Part shown: positions 50,154 through 61,616 of the stretch, in pieces | How positions within the stretch are numbered: position 1 is the stretch's first letter | Layout of the letters: each line of letters opens with the position of its first letter | Assembly (NCBI GenBank): GCA_965223975.1 | Contig: OZ245031.1 | Location: 2,926,917 to 2,990,916, forward strand | DNA length: 64,000 nucleotides | Source: Pseudomonadales bacterium | GTDB taxonomy: Bacteria; Pseudomonadota; Gammaproteobacteria; Pseudomonadales; JBECKS01 | Direction: 5' to 3' | Made by a program: the position numbers and the translations under genes | The notes under the pieces: generated by a model | The model's input: the letters and a program-made list of their open reading frames with translations, nothing else | Databases searched by the model: none | Told to the model about the DNA's origin: nothing

Positions 50154-51092
50154 ATGTCAACACTTCAAAATACCGCATTCGTTTTCCCTGGCCAGGGTTC
50201 TCAAAGTCTAGGCATGCTCAGTGATTTTGCTGAGGCATACAGTCTAGTGGGCGAGACCTTTCAAGAAGCCTCTGGTGCTTTAGGTTATGACCTTTGGCAA
50301 GTTTGCCAAGAAGACGAAGCTAAGCTCAATCAAACCCAAGTCACTCAACCCGCGATTCTTACTGCCAGCGTAGCTATTTGGCGTATTGCTCAAGCGAATG
50401 GTGGTTTTCAACCAGCGTATCTAGCTGGGCATAGTTTAGGTGAATACAGTGCCTTGGTTTGTGCTGGGGTATTGAGTCTTGCTGACTCTGTAAAATTGGT
50501 TGAGCAACGCGGTCTGTTTATGCAACAAGCTGTTCCCTCAGGTGAAGGTGCTATGGCGGCGATTCTTGGTTTGGATGATGAACAGGTTAAAGCCGCTTGT
50601 GAAGCAGCAGCTCAGGGCGAGGTGGCCAGTGCGGTTAACTTTAACTCTCCGGGGCAGGTGGTAATTGCTGGTAATAAGGCGGCGATTGATCGAGCCATTG
50701 AAATCTGTAAAGAAGCAGGTGCTCGTAAGGCCATGCCTTTGGCGGTGAGTGTGCCTAGCCATTGTGCTCTTATGGCTCCAGCGGCTGCTAAGTTAGAGGC
50801 AGCTTTAAATGATCTCGAGTTTGCAGCACCTCAGATCCCAGTAGTTAATAATGTAGATGTGGCCAACGTCTCTGATCCTGCGGAAATCAAGAAAGCTCTA
50901 GTGGCTCAGTTAACAGATGCGGTACGCTGGGTAGAAAGCGTGCAGCATATAGGGGCTCAAGGTGTAGAGCAGTTTGTAGAATGTGGCCCTGGAAAGGTAC
51001 TGACTGGCCTAGGCAAGCGTATCGATAAGTCTCTTAGTCATAGTGCTTTAAGTACTCCAGACGCATTAAGCGCATTTTTGGAAAACCTTTAA
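50154..51092 (+). CDS. fabD: Malonyl-CoA:ACP transacylase
   Basis: 312 aa with FVFPGQGSQ and the active-site GHSLGEYSAL. Confidence 0.96.
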   Translation: MSTLQNTAFVFPGQGSQSLGMLSDFAEAYSLVGETFQEASGALGYDLWQVCQEDEAKLNQTQVTQPAILTASVAIWRIAQANGGFQPAYLAGHSLGEYSALVCAGVLSLADSVKLVEQRGLFMQQAVPSGEGAMAAILGLDDEQVKAACEAAAQGEVASAVNFNSPGQVVIAGNKAAIDRAIEICKEAGARKAMPLAVSVPSHCALMAPAAAKLEAALNDLEFAAPQIPVVNNVDVANVSDPAEIKKALVAQLTDAVRWVESVQHIGAQGVEQFVECGPGKVLTGLGKRIDKSLSHSALSTPDALSAFLENL

Positions 51093-51150
51093 AATTAAGG
51101 AATTAATAAACCGAAATAAAGTCGGTAAATAAGTTTAGGAGGGGTCCTAT

Positions 51151-51879
51151 ATGAGTTTAGAAGGAAAAGTAGCCCTAGTAACGGGGGCGAGTCGTGGAAT
51201 AGGTAAAGCAATTGCTCTTGAGCTTAAAAGCGCAGGCGCGACAGTAGTGGGTACGGCGACTACCGAGGGTGGTGCCGAGAATATCTCTGCTTATTTGGGT
51301 GAAGGACAGGGCATGTGTCTCAATGTGACTGATCCTGAGTCTATCGGAGCGGTGATCTCTGCAATCCAGGATAAGTTTGGTGCTCCTACCATCCTAGTAA
51401 ACAACGCTGGTATCACCCGCGATAATATTGCCCTGCGTATGAAAGACGATGAATGGGATGATGTCATTGAGACCAATCTTTCCTCTATCTATCGTGTCAC
51501 TAAAGCTTGCTTAAAAGGTATGACCAAAGCGCGTTGGGGCAGAGTTATTAATATTTCGTCGGTGGTTGGTACCATGGGTAATGTTGGCCAGTCTAACTAT
51601 TCTGCAGCAAAGGCTGGATTAGAGGGCTATACCCGCAGCATGGCTCGAGAGCTGGGTTCTCGTAATATCACCTTTAATGCTGTGGCCCCCGGATTTATTG
51701 ATACCGATATGACTAAAGAATTAGCTGATGATCACAAGGACATGATGTTAAGTCAGGTGCCTTTAGGCCGCCTTGGAGCGCCCGAAGAGATCTCAGCGGT
51801 ATGTGGATTTTTAGCCAGTGAAGGCGGAGCCTATATCACAGGAGCTACGATTCCAGTAAACGGTGGCATGTATATGTAG
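51151..51879 (+). CDS. fabG: 3-oxoacyl-ACP reductase
   Basis: 242 aa with TGASRGIGKAIA, NNAG and YSAAKAG. It sits between fabD and acpP. Confidence 0.96.
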   Translation: MSLEGKVALVTGASRGIGKAIALELKSAGATVVGTATTEGGAENISAYLGEGQGMCLNVTDPESIGAVISAIQDKFGAPTILVNNAGITRDNIALRMKDDEWDDVIETNLSSIYRVTKACLKGMTKARWGRVINISSVVGTMGNVGQSNYSAAKAGLEGYTRSMARELGSRNITFNAVAPGFIDTDMTKELADDHKDMMLSQVPLGRLGAPEEISAVCGFLASEGGAYITGATIPVNGGMYM

Positions 51880-52078
51880 GTCAACAAGGTGGGGGAATGT
51901 AAAGGCTTTTTTTAAGTGTTTTCTCGTGAATTTACTTGAATTAGGCAGAGACTTTCCGTATAAATCCACCCGACGGCACACAAGGTATATGTCATCAATT
52001 TTAAATTGAGCTCTTGGGACCCAAAAAACTGATTTTTGACCCTAAGCTCACAAGTCCAATTTGGAGAGAACGACCGTT

Positions 52079-52312
52079 ATGAGTAATATTGAAGAGCGCG
52101 TAAAAAAGATTGTAGCTGAACAGCTAGGTGTTAAATTAGAGGAGGTTTCTAACGAAGCATCGTTCGTAGAAGATCTAGGCGCTGACTCCCTAGACACTGT
52201 AGAGCTTGTGATGGCTCTCGAAGAAGAATTCGAAACCGAAATCCCTGATGAGGAAGCGGAAAAAATTACTAACGTACAACAAGCAATCGACTACGTTAAT
52301 AACAACCTATAA
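52079..52312 (+). CDS. acpP: Acyl carrier protein
   Basis: The ATG at 52079 gives 77 aa, [18 protein letters not shown]...[18 protein letters not shown] (phosphopantetheine Ser in DSLD). The track ORF starts at an upstream TTG. Confidence 0.97.
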   Translation: MSNIEERVKKIVAEQLGVKLEEVSNEASFVEDLGADSLDTVELVMALEEEFETEIPDEEAEKITNVQQAIDYVNNNL

Positions 52313-52380
52313 GTTATCGCAAATTTGAGGTCTCGTGTGGGGCTTCTGAGCTTTAACTTGGTTGATACCCTGTTAAAATT

Positions 52381-52418
52381 AAAGCCGCGTAAGAGAGATC
52401 TTGCGCGGCTTTTCTTTT
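52381..52418 (+). terminator. Rho-independent terminator after acpP
   Basis: A stem AAGCCGCGTAAG / CTTGCGCGGCTT (with one G-U pair) and loop agagat is followed by TTCTTTT. Confidence 0.75.
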
Positions 52419-52489
52419 GTCTCAATTAAAGAGCGCGAAAGTATTGAGGCAGCAATTGAATAAAATGGAAAGACAGAGGCAGCACAGCT

Positions 52490-53725
52490 ATGACTCGTAG
52501 AGTAGTGATTACTGGATTAGGAATGGTCAGCCCATTGGCCAATGACGTTGAGAATACTTGGAAGCGCTTAATAGCGGGTGAGAGTGGTATTAACACCATC
52601 GATTGGTTTGATACTGAAAATTACACCACAAAGTTTTGCGGCGAAGTTAAAAACTTTGACCCTGCCGAATTTATGAATCCTAAGGAGGCCAAACGCTGTG
52701 ATGTATTTATTCAGTATGGTTTAGCTGCAGCTCATCAGGCCTATGAAGACTGTGGTATCGAGGTGAGCGAGGAGAATAGCCATCGTATTGGAGTGGTCAT
52801 TGGCTCGGGTATTGGTGGTATTACAGGCATAGAAAACAACGCTGTTCTTTTGCGAGATACTGCCCCCAAAAAGATTTCTCCTTTCTTTGTGCCTGGTCAT
52901 ATTATCAATATGATCTCTGGTCATGTTTCTATTAAGTATGGCCTACGTGGTCCCAACTTTGCGGTGACGACTGCTTGTACTACGGGCACCCACGCGGTTG
53001 GTTTTGCTGCAAGAAGTATTATGCATGGTGAAGCCGATGTGATGTTTGCCGGTGGTGCTGAAAAAGGTTCTTCTCAATTAGGTATGGCTGGTTTTGGCGC
53101 AGCCAGAGCTTTGTCTACCCGTAATGAAGACCCTCAAGCTGCCAGTCGCCCATGGGATAAAGACCGCGATGGTTTTGTCTTGGCCGATGGCGCAGGAGTG
53201 TTGGTATTAGAAGAATACGAACACGCGAAAGCGCGTGGTGCGAAAATTTACGCTGAATTGGTAGGTTTTGGAATGAGCGGTGATGCCCATCATATTACCT
53301 CACCACCTGAGGGTGGAGCAGGTGCAGCATTATCCATGGACAATGCGCTTAATGATGCGGGTGTTAATTCCGATCAAGTGTCTTATGTGAATGCCCATGG
53401 AACTTCGACGATGGCTGGAGATAAGGCTGAGAGCTCTGCTTTAAAGTCGGTACTCGGCGATCATGCTTACAAAGTAGCCGTGAGTTCGACTAAATCTTCA
53501 ATCGGGCATCTGCTGGGAGCTGCTGGCGCAGTGGAAGCAATCTTCAGTGTGCTCGCTATTCGTGATCAAGTGGCTCCGCCTACCATCAATCTAGAAAACC
53601 CTGATGAAGGCTGTGACCTAGACTACGTTCCCAAAGTGTCTCGTGATATGCCTATTGATGTGGTGGTTTCCAACTCATTTGGTTTTGGTGGTACCAACGG
53701 TAGTTTGGTATTTAAAAAGGTTTGA
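52490..53725 (+). CDS. fabF: 3-oxoacyl-ACP synthase II
   Basis: 411 aa with the active-site Cys in [12 protein letters not shown], His residues in NAHGTST and [15 protein letters not shown], and a C-terminal NSFGFGGTN. Confidence 0.96.
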   Translation: MTRRVVITGLGMVSPLANDVENTWKRLIAGESGINTIDWFDTENYTTKFCGEVKNFDPAEFMNPKEAKRCDVFIQYGLAAAHQAYEDCGIEVSEENSHRIGVVIGSGIGGITGIENNAVLLRDTAPKKISPFFVPGHIINMISGHVSIKYGLRGPNFAVTTACTTGTHAVGFAARSIMHGEADVMFAGGAEKGSSQLGMAGFGAARALSTRNEDPQAASRPWDKDRDGFVLADGAGVLVLEEYEHAKARGAKIYAELVGFGMSGDAHHITSPPEGGAGAALSMDNALNDAGVNSDQVSYVNAHGTSTMAGDKAESSALKSVLGDHAYKVAVSSTKSSIGHLLGAAGAVEAIFSVLAIRDQVAPPTINLENPDEGCDLDYVPKVSRDMPIDVVVSNSFGFGGTNGSLVFKKV

Positions 53726-53736
53726 ATGACATCTAA

Positions 53737-54603
53737 ATGATCGCAGCTTGGCTCAACGGAAAGGAAGTTGATGGCCTGTCTTTGACTGACAGGGGCTTGC
53801 ACTACGGTGATGGCTTTTTTTCTACGGTGGCTGTTTTAAGCGGAAAGGCTTTGCTCTGGAATTTTCATTTAGAACGAGTTTTATCCCACGCTAAGCGATT
53901 AAACTTGAAGTTGGATGTTTCTCGCCTAGAACAAGAAGTTTATGCTTTTCTTAAAACCCATGTTGAGCAGCAAGGAGAGTCGCATCGTCAGGTTCTTAAA
54001 ATGGTCATTACCCGTGAGGAGTCGGGTCGCGGCTATCACTGGGGGGATAACCTAGGCTGCAATATTCTTTTGCAGCTATTTGAATACCCCGGCTACGCTC
54101 AGCTTGAGCAGCTACGGGTGCAGGGTCTGAAGCTGACGATCTGCGAAACACGACTGTCTCATGGTTCTCTTACTGCGGGCTTGAAGTTACTGGGACGTAT
54201 CGAACAGGTGCTTGGATCCGGTGAGCTAGATAAAAAACAATTTGATGAAGGACTGATGCTTGATGCCGGTGATCACGTTGTTGAAGGCTGTTCTAGTAAT
54301 CTAGTTATGCTTAAAAATGGACATCTGAAATCGCCGAATTTAGACCGCTGTGGTATTGAAGGCGTCATGAAGGCTTATATTTTCAAAAGCTGTGAAAGTC
54401 TAGGCTATCAATTCACCAGCACAGATATTAAGCTGGGCGATCTTGAACAAACGGATGCGATTTTTATGACTAATGCGCTTTGGGGGCTGTGTCCGGTTCA
54501 ATCCATAGAAGGTATTAGTTGGTCTCCCAAAAAAGTTGAACAGGATAAACTTGTGACTGCGTTTACGGCTTATCAAGAACAAAGCACGATAGCCTGGTTT
54601 TAA
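53737..54603 (+). CDS. pabC: Aminodeoxychorismate lyase (class IV aminotransferase fold)
   Basis: 288 aa beginning RGLHYGDGFFST. It sits between fabF and mltG, as in E. coli and Pseudomonas. Confidence 0.8.
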   Translation: MIAAWLNGKEVDGLSLTDRGLHYGDGFFSTVAVLSGKALLWNFHLERVLSHAKRLNLKLDVSRLEQEVYAFLKTHVEQQGESHRQVLKMVITREESGRGYHWGDNLGCNILLQLFEYPGYAQLEQLRVQGLKLTICETRLSHGSLTAGLKLLGRIEQVLGSGELDKKQFDEGLMLDAGDHVVEGCSSNLVMLKNGHLKSPNLDRCGIEGVMKAYIFKSCESLGYQFTSTDIKLGDLEQTDAIFMTNALWGLCPVQSIEGISWSPKKVEQDKLVTAFTAYQEQSTIAWF

Positions 54604-54623
54604 CAATTAACGATAACAATAAA

Positions 54624-55628
54624 ATGATAAAAGCTTTAAAAATACTTACTTTGTTGGCGGGGATCTTCTTGGGAATTTCGACCTACTTTGTGTATCAGTT
54701 TTTTAGTTCGCCTCTGACCATTTCAAAGGAGGTCTATTACTTCGAATTAAAGCGGGGCGAAACTCTGGGGCATCTTTCTCAACGTCTGGTGGTCGATGGG
54801 CTGATTGCTAGTGACTTGCTCTTAAAGGTCTATGTGCGAGTCAAAGCTTTAGATAAAAAACTCAGAGCGGGAGAGTATGTTCTTGAGCGAGGTTCCAGTT
54901 TATTAGACCTGCTGTCTGTTTTGGAAGAGGGAAAAACTCTGCAGCGAAGTATCACCTTTGTAGAGGGTTGGAGTTACAAGCAGTTGTTTGCGGCCTTGGC
55001 GGAAGAGTTTGGTGCTATCGACGAGAAAAAGCTCCGCGAGAAACTAGGTATTGGTGATAAACACCTTGAAGGCATGTTTTTTGCAGACACTTACTTTTAC
55101 AGCAAGGGTCAATCGGTTTACACGCTGCTAGAAAACTCTCACAAACAGTTACAAAATGTTTTAGATCAAGAGTGGGAAGCTCGACAAAAAGGGCTTCCCC
55201 TAAAGAACTCATATGAGGCTTTGACCCTGGCGTCTATTGTAGAAAAAGAAACTGGGGTGCCAAGTGAGCGACCATTGATTGCTGGTGTCTTTGTGAATCG
55301 TTTGCATAAGCGAATGCGTCTACAAACGGATCCAACCGTTATCTATGGTATAGGCGATGCCTATGATGGCAACATTACCCGTAAGCATTTAAAGGAATAT
55401 ACGCCTTATAACACCTACCGAATTCCTGCTTTACCACCTACGCCGATCGCGATTGTTGGTCGCGAATCGATTAATGCGGTGATGCATCCAAAAGACAGTC
55501 AGTATCTATACTTTGTGGCCAAGGGTGATGGCAGTCATTATTTTTCTCCGACATTAGAAGAACATCAAAATGCGGTGAGAAAGTACCAGTGGAACCGCAA
55601 GAAAGATTATCGTTCCTCTCCTAAATAA
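54624..55628 (+). CDS. mltG: Endolytic murein transglycosylase (YceG family)
   Basis: 334 aa with an N-terminal TM helix and the YceG core [25 protein letters not shown]...[10 protein letters not shown]. Confidence 0.9.
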   Translation: MIKALKILTLLAGIFLGISTYFVYQFFSSPLTISKEVYYFELKRGETLGHLSQRLVVDGLIASDLLLKVYVRVKALDKKLRAGEYVLERGSSLLDLLSVLEEGKTLQRSITFVEGWSYKQLFAALAEEFGAIDEKKLREKLGIGDKHLEGMFFADTYFYSKGQSVYTLLENSHKQLQNVLDQEWEARQKGLPLKNSYEALTLASIVEKETGVPSERPLIAGVFVNRLHKRMRLQTDPTVIYGIGDAYDGNITRKHLKEYTPYNTYRIPALPPTPIAIVGRESINAVMHPKDSQYLYFVAKGDGSHYFSPTLEEHQNAVRKYQWNRKKDYRSSPK

Positions 55629-55654
55629 GAATTGAACTAGAAAAGTTGTTGAAA

Positions 55655-56299
55655 ATGGCAAGTGGTAGATTTATTACATTGGAAGGCGGAGAAGGTGTTG
55701 GTAAATCTTCTAATATCGCGTTCGTAAATTCTTATTTGGCTGAGAAGCTCAAACAGGCAAATATAGAACTGGTAGTTACCAGAGAGCCTGGAGGAACCCC
55801 CTTTGCTGAAGAGATTCGTCAGCTCTTTATTGAACCAAGGGATGAGCAAGTCCATGAGAAGACAGAGTTGCTCTTAGTGTTTGCTGCTCGCGCCCAGCAT
55901 CTAGCCGAATTGATAGAGCCAAGCTTATCTAAGGGTGACTGGGTCCTGAGCGACCGCTTTACCGATGCAACTTACGCGTATCAGGGTGGGGGTAGGGGCT
56001 TGAGCCTCGATAATATCGCCTTGCTAGAATCTTTGGTTCAAGAGCAGCGCCAACCGGATCTGACTTTGCTATTGGATGTTCCTGTTGCCGTGGGTATGTC
56101 CAGGGCAAGTGAGCGTGGAGAGCTCGACCGAATTGAAAAGGAAAAGTTCTCTTTTTTCGAAGATGTTCGCGCTGCTTATTTGGCAAGGGCTGAGAGTGCT
56201 CCAAATCGCTTTAGGGTAGTGGACGCTAGCCAAAGCCTAGAGGATGTGCAGAAGGATATTGCTAAGATTCTTGATGCGTTTTTAGAGGAAGGTTTTTAA
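55655..56299 (+). CDS. tmk: Thymidylate kinase
   Basis: The ATG at 55655 gives [19 protein letters not shown] (P-loop) and a DRF motif ([14 protein letters not shown]). Confidence 0.95.
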   Translation: MASGRFITLEGGEGVGKSSNIAFVNSYLAEKLKQANIELVVTREPGGTPFAEEIRQLFIEPRDEQVHEKTELLLVFAARAQHLAELIEPSLSKGDWVLSDRFTDATYAYQGGGRGLSLDNIALLESLVQEQRQPDLTLLLDVPVAVGMSRASERGELDRIEKEKFSFFEDVRAAYLARAESAPNRFRVVDASQSLEDVQKDIAKILDAFLEEGF

Positions 56300-57324
56300 T
56301 GTGTGCGAGTAAAGCTGCGGAAGATATTGCTCCTGATGAGGCTTTGCTGCGTCTTGAAATTTATCCGTGGCAACAACAACAGAAACAGTTTTTGCTGGAG
56401 CTAGCCAATTCGAACAAATTGCATCACGCCTTTTTACTGCATGGCCAGGCTTACTTGGGAAAGTTTGATTTCGCTTGTGCGATAGCGGCTTCTTTGTTTT
56501 GTGCCGAAAAAGGTGAGGCCTGCGGGGCTTGTCATAGCTGTGCCTTGGTTCGCTCGATGGCCCACCCTGATTTCTATTTATTAAGACCTGAAAAAGAGGG
56601 CAAGGCAATTCCCGTTGAAGATGTTCGGGATATGATTGAATTTATGTCCAAGTCATCGAGTCGAGATGGGAAACGAATCGTTTTGATAGATCAGTGTCAA
56701 CAGATGAATGCTAATGCTTCTAACGCGCTGCTAAAGTTTCTAGAAGAGCCTGGTGAGGATGTGCACATTTTCCTAGTCTGCTCTGAACTGGACGCACTGC
56801 TTCCAACAATTGTGAGTCGCGCTCAAAAGCTAGCATTCAACCTACCTTCGGCTGAACAGGCTTCTCAATGGTTGGCAAATGAGATTGGGCAGAGCCCAGA
56901 TAGCTCCTTGCTGGAGTATGCTGGAGGTTCTCCCTTATTGGCGATTCAGCTTGTCGATGAACCGCTTTATCAAAATAGGAAAGAGGTTTTGTCGGGTCTG
57001 AAAAACATGCTCCAACAGCGAGATGGGGCGATGTCTTATGTCTCTATCTGGTCTGATTTCCCTCTTATTGGTTTTTTATCTTGGTGGCATGCATGTTTAG
57101 TAGACGCGCTAAAACTAAACGCTGGGGCTGATATCCAGCATCTACGTTTTAAGAGTCTGTATGCCGATTTGGAGCTCTTAGCTGGCTCTATTGCTTATGA
57201 AAATTTAATGAGCTTTTCGGAGGAGCTGTTCGTGCTAAGGCGGCAATTGTTGAAAGGAGCGCCATTTGCTCAGGAGCTAATGCTAGAATCCTTGTTAGTG
57301 CAGTGGCAAGCCCTAGGAAAATAG
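56299..57324 (+). CDS. holB: DNA polymerase III delta' subunit
   Basis: 341 aa with YPWQ, HHAFLLHG, a Zn module CGACHSCALV, HPDFYLL and an SRAQ/SRC-type motif (TIVSRAQKL). The start overlaps the tmk stop (TAATG). The N-terminal ~17 aa are uncertain. Confidence 0.88.
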   Translation: MCASKAAEDIAPDEALLRLEIYPWQQQQKQFLLELANSNKLHHAFLLHGQAYLGKFDFACAIAASLFCAEKGEACGACHSCALVRSMAHPDFYLLRPEKEGKAIPVEDVRDMIEFMSKSSSRDGKRIVLIDQCQQMNANASNALLKFLEEPGEDVHIFLVCSELDALLPTIVSRAQKLAFNLPSAEQASQWLANEIGQSPDSSLLEYAGGSPLLAIQLVDEPLYQNRKEVLSGLKNMLQQRDGAMSYVSIWSDFPLIGFLSWWHACLVDALKLNAGADIQHLRFKSLYADLELLAGSIAYENLMSFSEELFVLRRQLLKGAPFAQELMLESLLVQWQALGK

Positions 57325-57411
57325 TACCTTGAAAGCCGGCGCTTGGGCTTGAAGCTGGGAATCAAGATGCGTTAAGCTTGCTGCAATCTTATAAGAATAC
57401 GAGGCACCTAC

Positions 57412-57762
57412 ATGGCCCCTAAAATGCCAGGACGTAGTGGGATACTTAATCTCACCATTCAAGATAAAGCAGTACTGTATTCAGCCTATATGCCATTCAT
57501 TGAAAATGGCGGCTTATTTATCCCAACCACCAAGAATTATAAACTGGGTGATGAGGTATTTTTACTGCTTAACCTAATGGACGAGCCTGAAAAGATCCCC
57601 GTGGCTGGAAAGATTGTCTGGGTTACCCCTAATGGTGCTCAAGGAAGTCGTGCAGCCGGAGTTGGTATTCAATTAGAAGGCGGTGATAACAATTTGAAGG
57701 CAAAAATAGAGACCTACTTGGCCGGTAGTGTCGAGTCTGATCGCGTCACACATACTATGTAG
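57412..57762 (+). CDS. pilZ: Type IV pilus assembly PilZ protein
   Basis: 116 aa, near-colinear with P. aeruginosa PilZ as remembered (YMPF..NGGLFIPTTK.Y.LGDEVFLLL.LMDEPEKIPVAGK.VW.TP.GAQG.RAAG). It has the same position after holB. Confidence 0.88.
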   Translation: MAPKMPGRSGILNLTIQDKAVLYSAYMPFIENGGLFIPTTKNYKLGDEVFLLLNLMDEPEKIPVAGKIVWVTPNGAQGSRAAGVGIQLEGGDNNLKAKIETYLAGSVESDRVTHTM

Positions 57763-57932
57763 TACCTATCCCAGTTGTCTAATTGAGATGTTAGCAGTAT
57801 GTAATAGGGCTTAAATAATCACTCAACTGAGCAAAAAAACATATCAGTATAAGTCACCCGCTCACATGCCTTCACGGTGAGCTCGCTCGATTGCATTAAT
57901 GATATAAATGCAGCTCCCTAATAAGGATTAAT

Positions 57933-58655
57933 ATGAATTATAGAAGTATTATGCAGCTGTTCCTTGTGTTTTGTTTGCTAGTTTTAGGCTCATCGCTTAG
58001 AGCTGATATCGTAGGGGTTCACGCCGGTATTGTTCATTGGGCAAATAGCTGGGATGGAGAGGTCGATACGGCAGAGATTGGTGAAAATGCGGATATTGAT
58101 GACGATACTTCCACCGGTTTCTATCTGGCGGCTGAGCTGCCTATTCCTTTGCTACCAAATGTCAGAATTCAAAACACGCCTTTGTCTGGGCAAGGTGAAT
58201 CTAGCCGGATATTTGGCTACGAGCGTGAAATAGTGTCAGTCGGGACTGATTTAGACCTTCAATTCAACCTGTTTGATGCTATCGCTTATGCTGAAATTTT
58301 TGATAACTGGGTGTCTCTTGATATTGGGCTGGCAATTAGGCATTTTGATGCCGAATTCGTAATCGGGAATGAGTTAGTTGAAGATAAAGCGAGTGATATA
58401 ACTCCGTTGATTTACGCCGGAGCGAGGGCTGACCTTCCTCTTAGTGGCTGGTATAGCCGGGGAGAGTTCTTAGGGTTCGGCTCAGGTGATAGCAAGTTGA
58501 ATGAACTTAAGCTAGGGATTGGATATGAATCCAAATACCGTATGGGTGGTGAACTGGGATATCGGCAAAATACCCTAGAGCTTGATGATGTCGATGGGCT
58601 TAGCACAGGTCTTAGTACTGATGGCGTTTATTTGGCGCTAACTTTGAGTATTTAA
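57933..58655 (+). CDS. Putative outer-membrane beta-barrel protein
   Basis: 240 aa with a signal peptide (LVFCLLVLGSSLRADI). Alternating hydrophobic beta-strand patterns are seen throughout, e.g. GFYLAAEL, LKLGIGYE, GVYLALTLSI. Confidence 0.5.
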   Translation: MNYRSIMQLFLVFCLLVLGSSLRADIVGVHAGIVHWANSWDGEVDTAEIGENADIDDDTSTGFYLAAELPIPLLPNVRIQNTPLSGQGESSRIFGYEREIVSVGTDLDLQFNLFDAIAYAEIFDNWVSLDIGLAIRHFDAEFVIGNELVEDKASDITPLIYAGARADLPLSGWYSRGEFLGFGSGDSKLNELKLGIGYESKYRMGGELGYRQNTLELDDVDGLSTGLSTDGVYLALTLSI

Positions 58656-58688
58656 TCCCTAGGATACGGGCTTTTGTTAGAAAATTTT

Positions 58689-58723
58689 AAGCGTCTGAGG
58701 CTCTTGTTTCAGGCGCTTTTTTT
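58689..58723 (+). terminator. Rho-independent terminator after the OMP gene
   Basis: GCGTCTGA (58691-58698) pairs with TCAGGCGC (58709-58716), with one G-U pair. Seven T follow. Confidence 0.7.
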
Positions 58724-58837
58724 CTATTTTACTTGAGTAAAAATATGCCTTTTTTAACGTAGGGTTTAGTACTATCAATTTGGCTTAATAGTTCAGGTAT
58801 TTCCTGGGAGAAAAGCTAGGGTTTATCTGGCTTTTTG

Positions 58838-58846
58838 TGCTAAAAT
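58838..58846 (+). promoter_or_regulatory. Candidate extended -10 promoter element for gyrA
   Basis: TGcTAAAAT lies about 95 nt upstream of the gyrA ATG. No good -35 element was seen. Confidence 0.3.
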
Positions 58847-58940
58847 TTGCGCCTAATTTCATGCTCAATTTCTTAAGAAAATGGCATCCGAATTAACAAT
58901 AAAAAAGGCCTGTTTAACGGGCTGAAAAGGCGTTGTATAC

Positions 58941-61589
58941 ATGTCCGATCTGGCTAAAGAAATATCCCCCGTCAACATTGAAGATGAGTTAAAGCAGTCT
59001 TATCTCGATTACGCAATGAGTGTGATTGTTGGTCGTGCTTTGCCAGATGTTCGAGATGGCCTCAAGCCAGTGCATCGCAGAACTTTGTTTGCGATGGATG
59101 TCCTTGGTAACGATTGGAATAAACCCTATAAGAAATCGGCGCGTATCGTTGGTGATGTCATTGGTAAATACCATCCGCATGGGGACTCAGCAGTTTACGA
59201 CACGATAGTTCGTATGGCTCAGCCATTCTCATTGCGCTATATGCTCGTCGATGGACAAGGTAATTTTGGCTCGGTAGACGGTGATTCACCCGCGGCGATG
59301 CGTTACACCGAAATCCGTATGGCCAAGATAGCTCACGAGTTACTGGCTGACTTAGATAAAGAAACGGTTGATTACGTCGAAAACTACGACGGCACAGAAC
59401 TAATACCTGAGGTGATGCCCACCAAGGTGCCTAATCTTTTGGTGAATGGCTCATCAGGTATTGCCGTAGGTATGGCGACCAACATCCCTCCTCACAACCT
59501 CAACGAGGTGGTGGATGCCTGTTTGGCGACGATTGAAAACCCTGATATCGATATCGATGGTTTGATGGAGCATATCCAGGGGCCTGACTTCCCAACGGCA
59601 GCTTTAATCAATGGTCGAGCGGGTATCGTCCAAGCCTATCGTACGGGTCGAGGTAAGGTGTATATTCGCTCTCGTGCTGAAGTTGAGGTGGATGAAAAAA
59701 CCAGTCGCGAAAGAATCATCATCCATGAGTTGCCATACCAAGTAAACAAAGCGCGTTTGATCGAAAAAATTGCCGAGCTGGTTAAAGATAAAAAGATTGA
59801 AGGCATCTCTGAGCTAAGAGATGAATCTGACAAAGATGGTATGCGCGTTGTTATCGAATTGAAGCGAGGCGAGGTGGGTGAGGTTATTCTCAATAATCTT
59901 TATGCACAGACTCAGATGGAGACCGTATTCGGTATCAATATGGTCGCCTTGATTGATGGCCAGCCTAAGCTCTTTAATCTGAAAGAGGTGGTCGAGGCTT
60001 TTATTGATCACCGCCGTGTTGTGGTTACTCGAAGAACCATCTACGAGTTGAGAAAGGCCCGTGAAAAATGTCACATCATCGAAGGCCAAGCGGTTGCGCT
60101 TGCTAATATTGATCCAGTCATTGAGTTGATCAAATCAAGTTCTAACTCTGCAGAGGCTAAAGAGAAGTTAATATCAACACCTTGGCAGCCAGGTATGGTA
60201 ATGGACTTTCTGGAGAAGGTAGGTGATAGCCAAGCAACCCGCCCTGAAGGTTTAGCTAAACAGTATGGCTTGGTTGACGGCGCTTATCATATGTCACCAG
60301 AACAAGCCCAAGCAATTCTTGATATGCGTTTGCATCGTTTGACAGGTTTAGAGCAGGAAAAACTGCTTAAGGATTTTGAAGAGTTATTGAAGCAAATAGG
60401 CGAATTGCTCGCGATTTTAGCTGATCCGGTACTGTTGATGCAGGTCATTAAAGACGAACTTAATGAGATCAAAGAAAACTATGGTGACGAGCGTCGTACC
60501 GAAATTACAGCATCTCGAACTGACTTAACCCATGAGGATTTGATTACCGAAGAAAATGTCGTACTGACGATTTCTCACGAAGGTTATGCCAAGACTCAGC
60601 CGCTTGATACCTATCAAGCCCAACGTCGCGGTGGTCGAGGTAAAACAGCGACAGCGGTAAAAGATGAAGATTACGTCACAAACCTTTTAGTGGTGAGTAC
60701 TCATGATACGGTGATGTGCTTTACCAACAAAGGCAAAGTGTATTGGCTAAGACCATTTATGATTCCTCAAGCGGGGCGTAATTCGCGGGGTAAGCCGCTG
60801 GTTAACCTTTTGCCATTTGATGAAGGTGAACGCGTTACCTCGATTTTGCCACTGAGACAAAACGACGAGGGTGGCTATATCTTTATGGCGACCAGTAACG
60901 GAACAGTTAAGAAAGTTGATCTGAGTTTGTTCTCTCGACCTCGCCCAAGCGGTTTGATTGCGCTTGAGCTTGAAGAGGATAATACCTTGATTGGCGTAGC
61001 GATTACTCGTGGTAGTGATGAAATTATGCTATTCACCAGCGAGGGCAAAGGCATTCGCTTTAGCGAAGACGGTGTGCGGGCGATGGGCCGGACTGCTCGA
61101 GGTGTGCGTGGTATTAAAGTACCTGCAGAGCATAAGGTTATTTCATTGATTGTGGCGGCCCCAGAAGGGCAGGTGATTACAGCATCTAGTAATGGCTTTG
61201 GTAAGCGTACCTTGGTTTCTGACTACTCCCTGCAGGGTCGTGGTGGCCAAGGTGTGATTGCTATGCAGTGCAGTGAGCGAAATGGCTCAATGGTTTCTGT
61301 CATTCCCGTCAGTGACGGTGAGGAAATTATGTTGATCACCGATAAAGGTGTGTTGGTTCGAACTCGCGTTGATGAGGTGTCTGTTCTTGGACGTAATACA
61401 CAAGGCGTTCGTTTGATTCGAGTTTCTGATGATGAAAACCTAGTCGGCGCAGAGCGAATTGAAGATCTAGATGTTGAAGAAGCTGAAGACGGCGCTGATG
61501 GAGAGGCAAGTGCCGCGGCGGATAATGATGGTGCTCAAAACAATGGCGCTGAAGAAAGTGCCGAAAATGGCGGAGAAGGCGATAGCTAG
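58941..61589 (+). CDS. gyrA: DNA gyrase subunit A
   Basis: 882 aa with the quinolone-resistance region [17 protein letters not shown], the active-site Tyr in AAMRYTE, a GyrA-box region QRRGGRGK and an acidic C-terminal tail. Confidence 0.98.
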   Translation: MSDLAKEISPVNIEDELKQSYLDYAMSVIVGRALPDVRDGLKPVHRRTLFAMDVLGNDWNKPYKKSARIVGDVIGKYHPHGDSAVYDTIVRMAQPFSLRYMLVDGQGNFGSVDGDSPAAMRYTEIRMAKIAHELLADLDKETVDYVENYDGTELIPEVMPTKVPNLLVNGSSGIAVGMATNIPPHNLNEVVDACLATIENPDIDIDGLMEHIQGPDFPTAALINGRAGIVQAYRTGRGKVYIRSRAEVEVDEKTSRERIIIHELPYQVNKARLIEKIAELVKDKKIEGISELRDESDKDGMRVVIELKRGEVGEVILNNLYAQTQMETVFGINMVALIDGQPKLFNLKEVVEAFIDHRRVVVTRRTIYELRKAREKCHIIEGQAVALANIDPVIELIKSSSNSAEAKEKLISTPWQPGMVMDFLEKVGDSQATRPEGLAKQYGLVDGAYHMSPEQAQAILDMRLHRLTGLEQEKLLKDFEELLKQIGELLAILADPVLLMQVIKDELNEIKENYGDERRTEITASRTDLTHEDLITEENVVLTISHEGYAKTQPLDTYQAQRRGGRGKTATAVKDEDYVTNLLVVSTHDTVMCFTNKGKVYWLRPFMIPQAGRNSRGKPLVNLLPFDEGERVTSILPLRQNDEGGYIFMATSNGTVKKVDLSLFSRPRPSGLIALELEEDNTLIGVAITRGSDEIMLFTSEGKGIRFSEDGVRAMGRTARGVRGIKVPAEHKVISLIVAAPEGQVITASSNGFGKRTLVSDYSLQGRGGQGVIAMQCSERNGSMVSVIPVSDGEEIMLITDKGVLVRTRVDEVSVLGRNTQGVRLIRVSDDENLVGAERIEDLDVEEAEDGADGEASAAADNDGAQNNGAEESAENGGEGDS

Positions 61590-61616
61590 CCTCTTAAACA
61601 TTTTAAGTAGATAAAA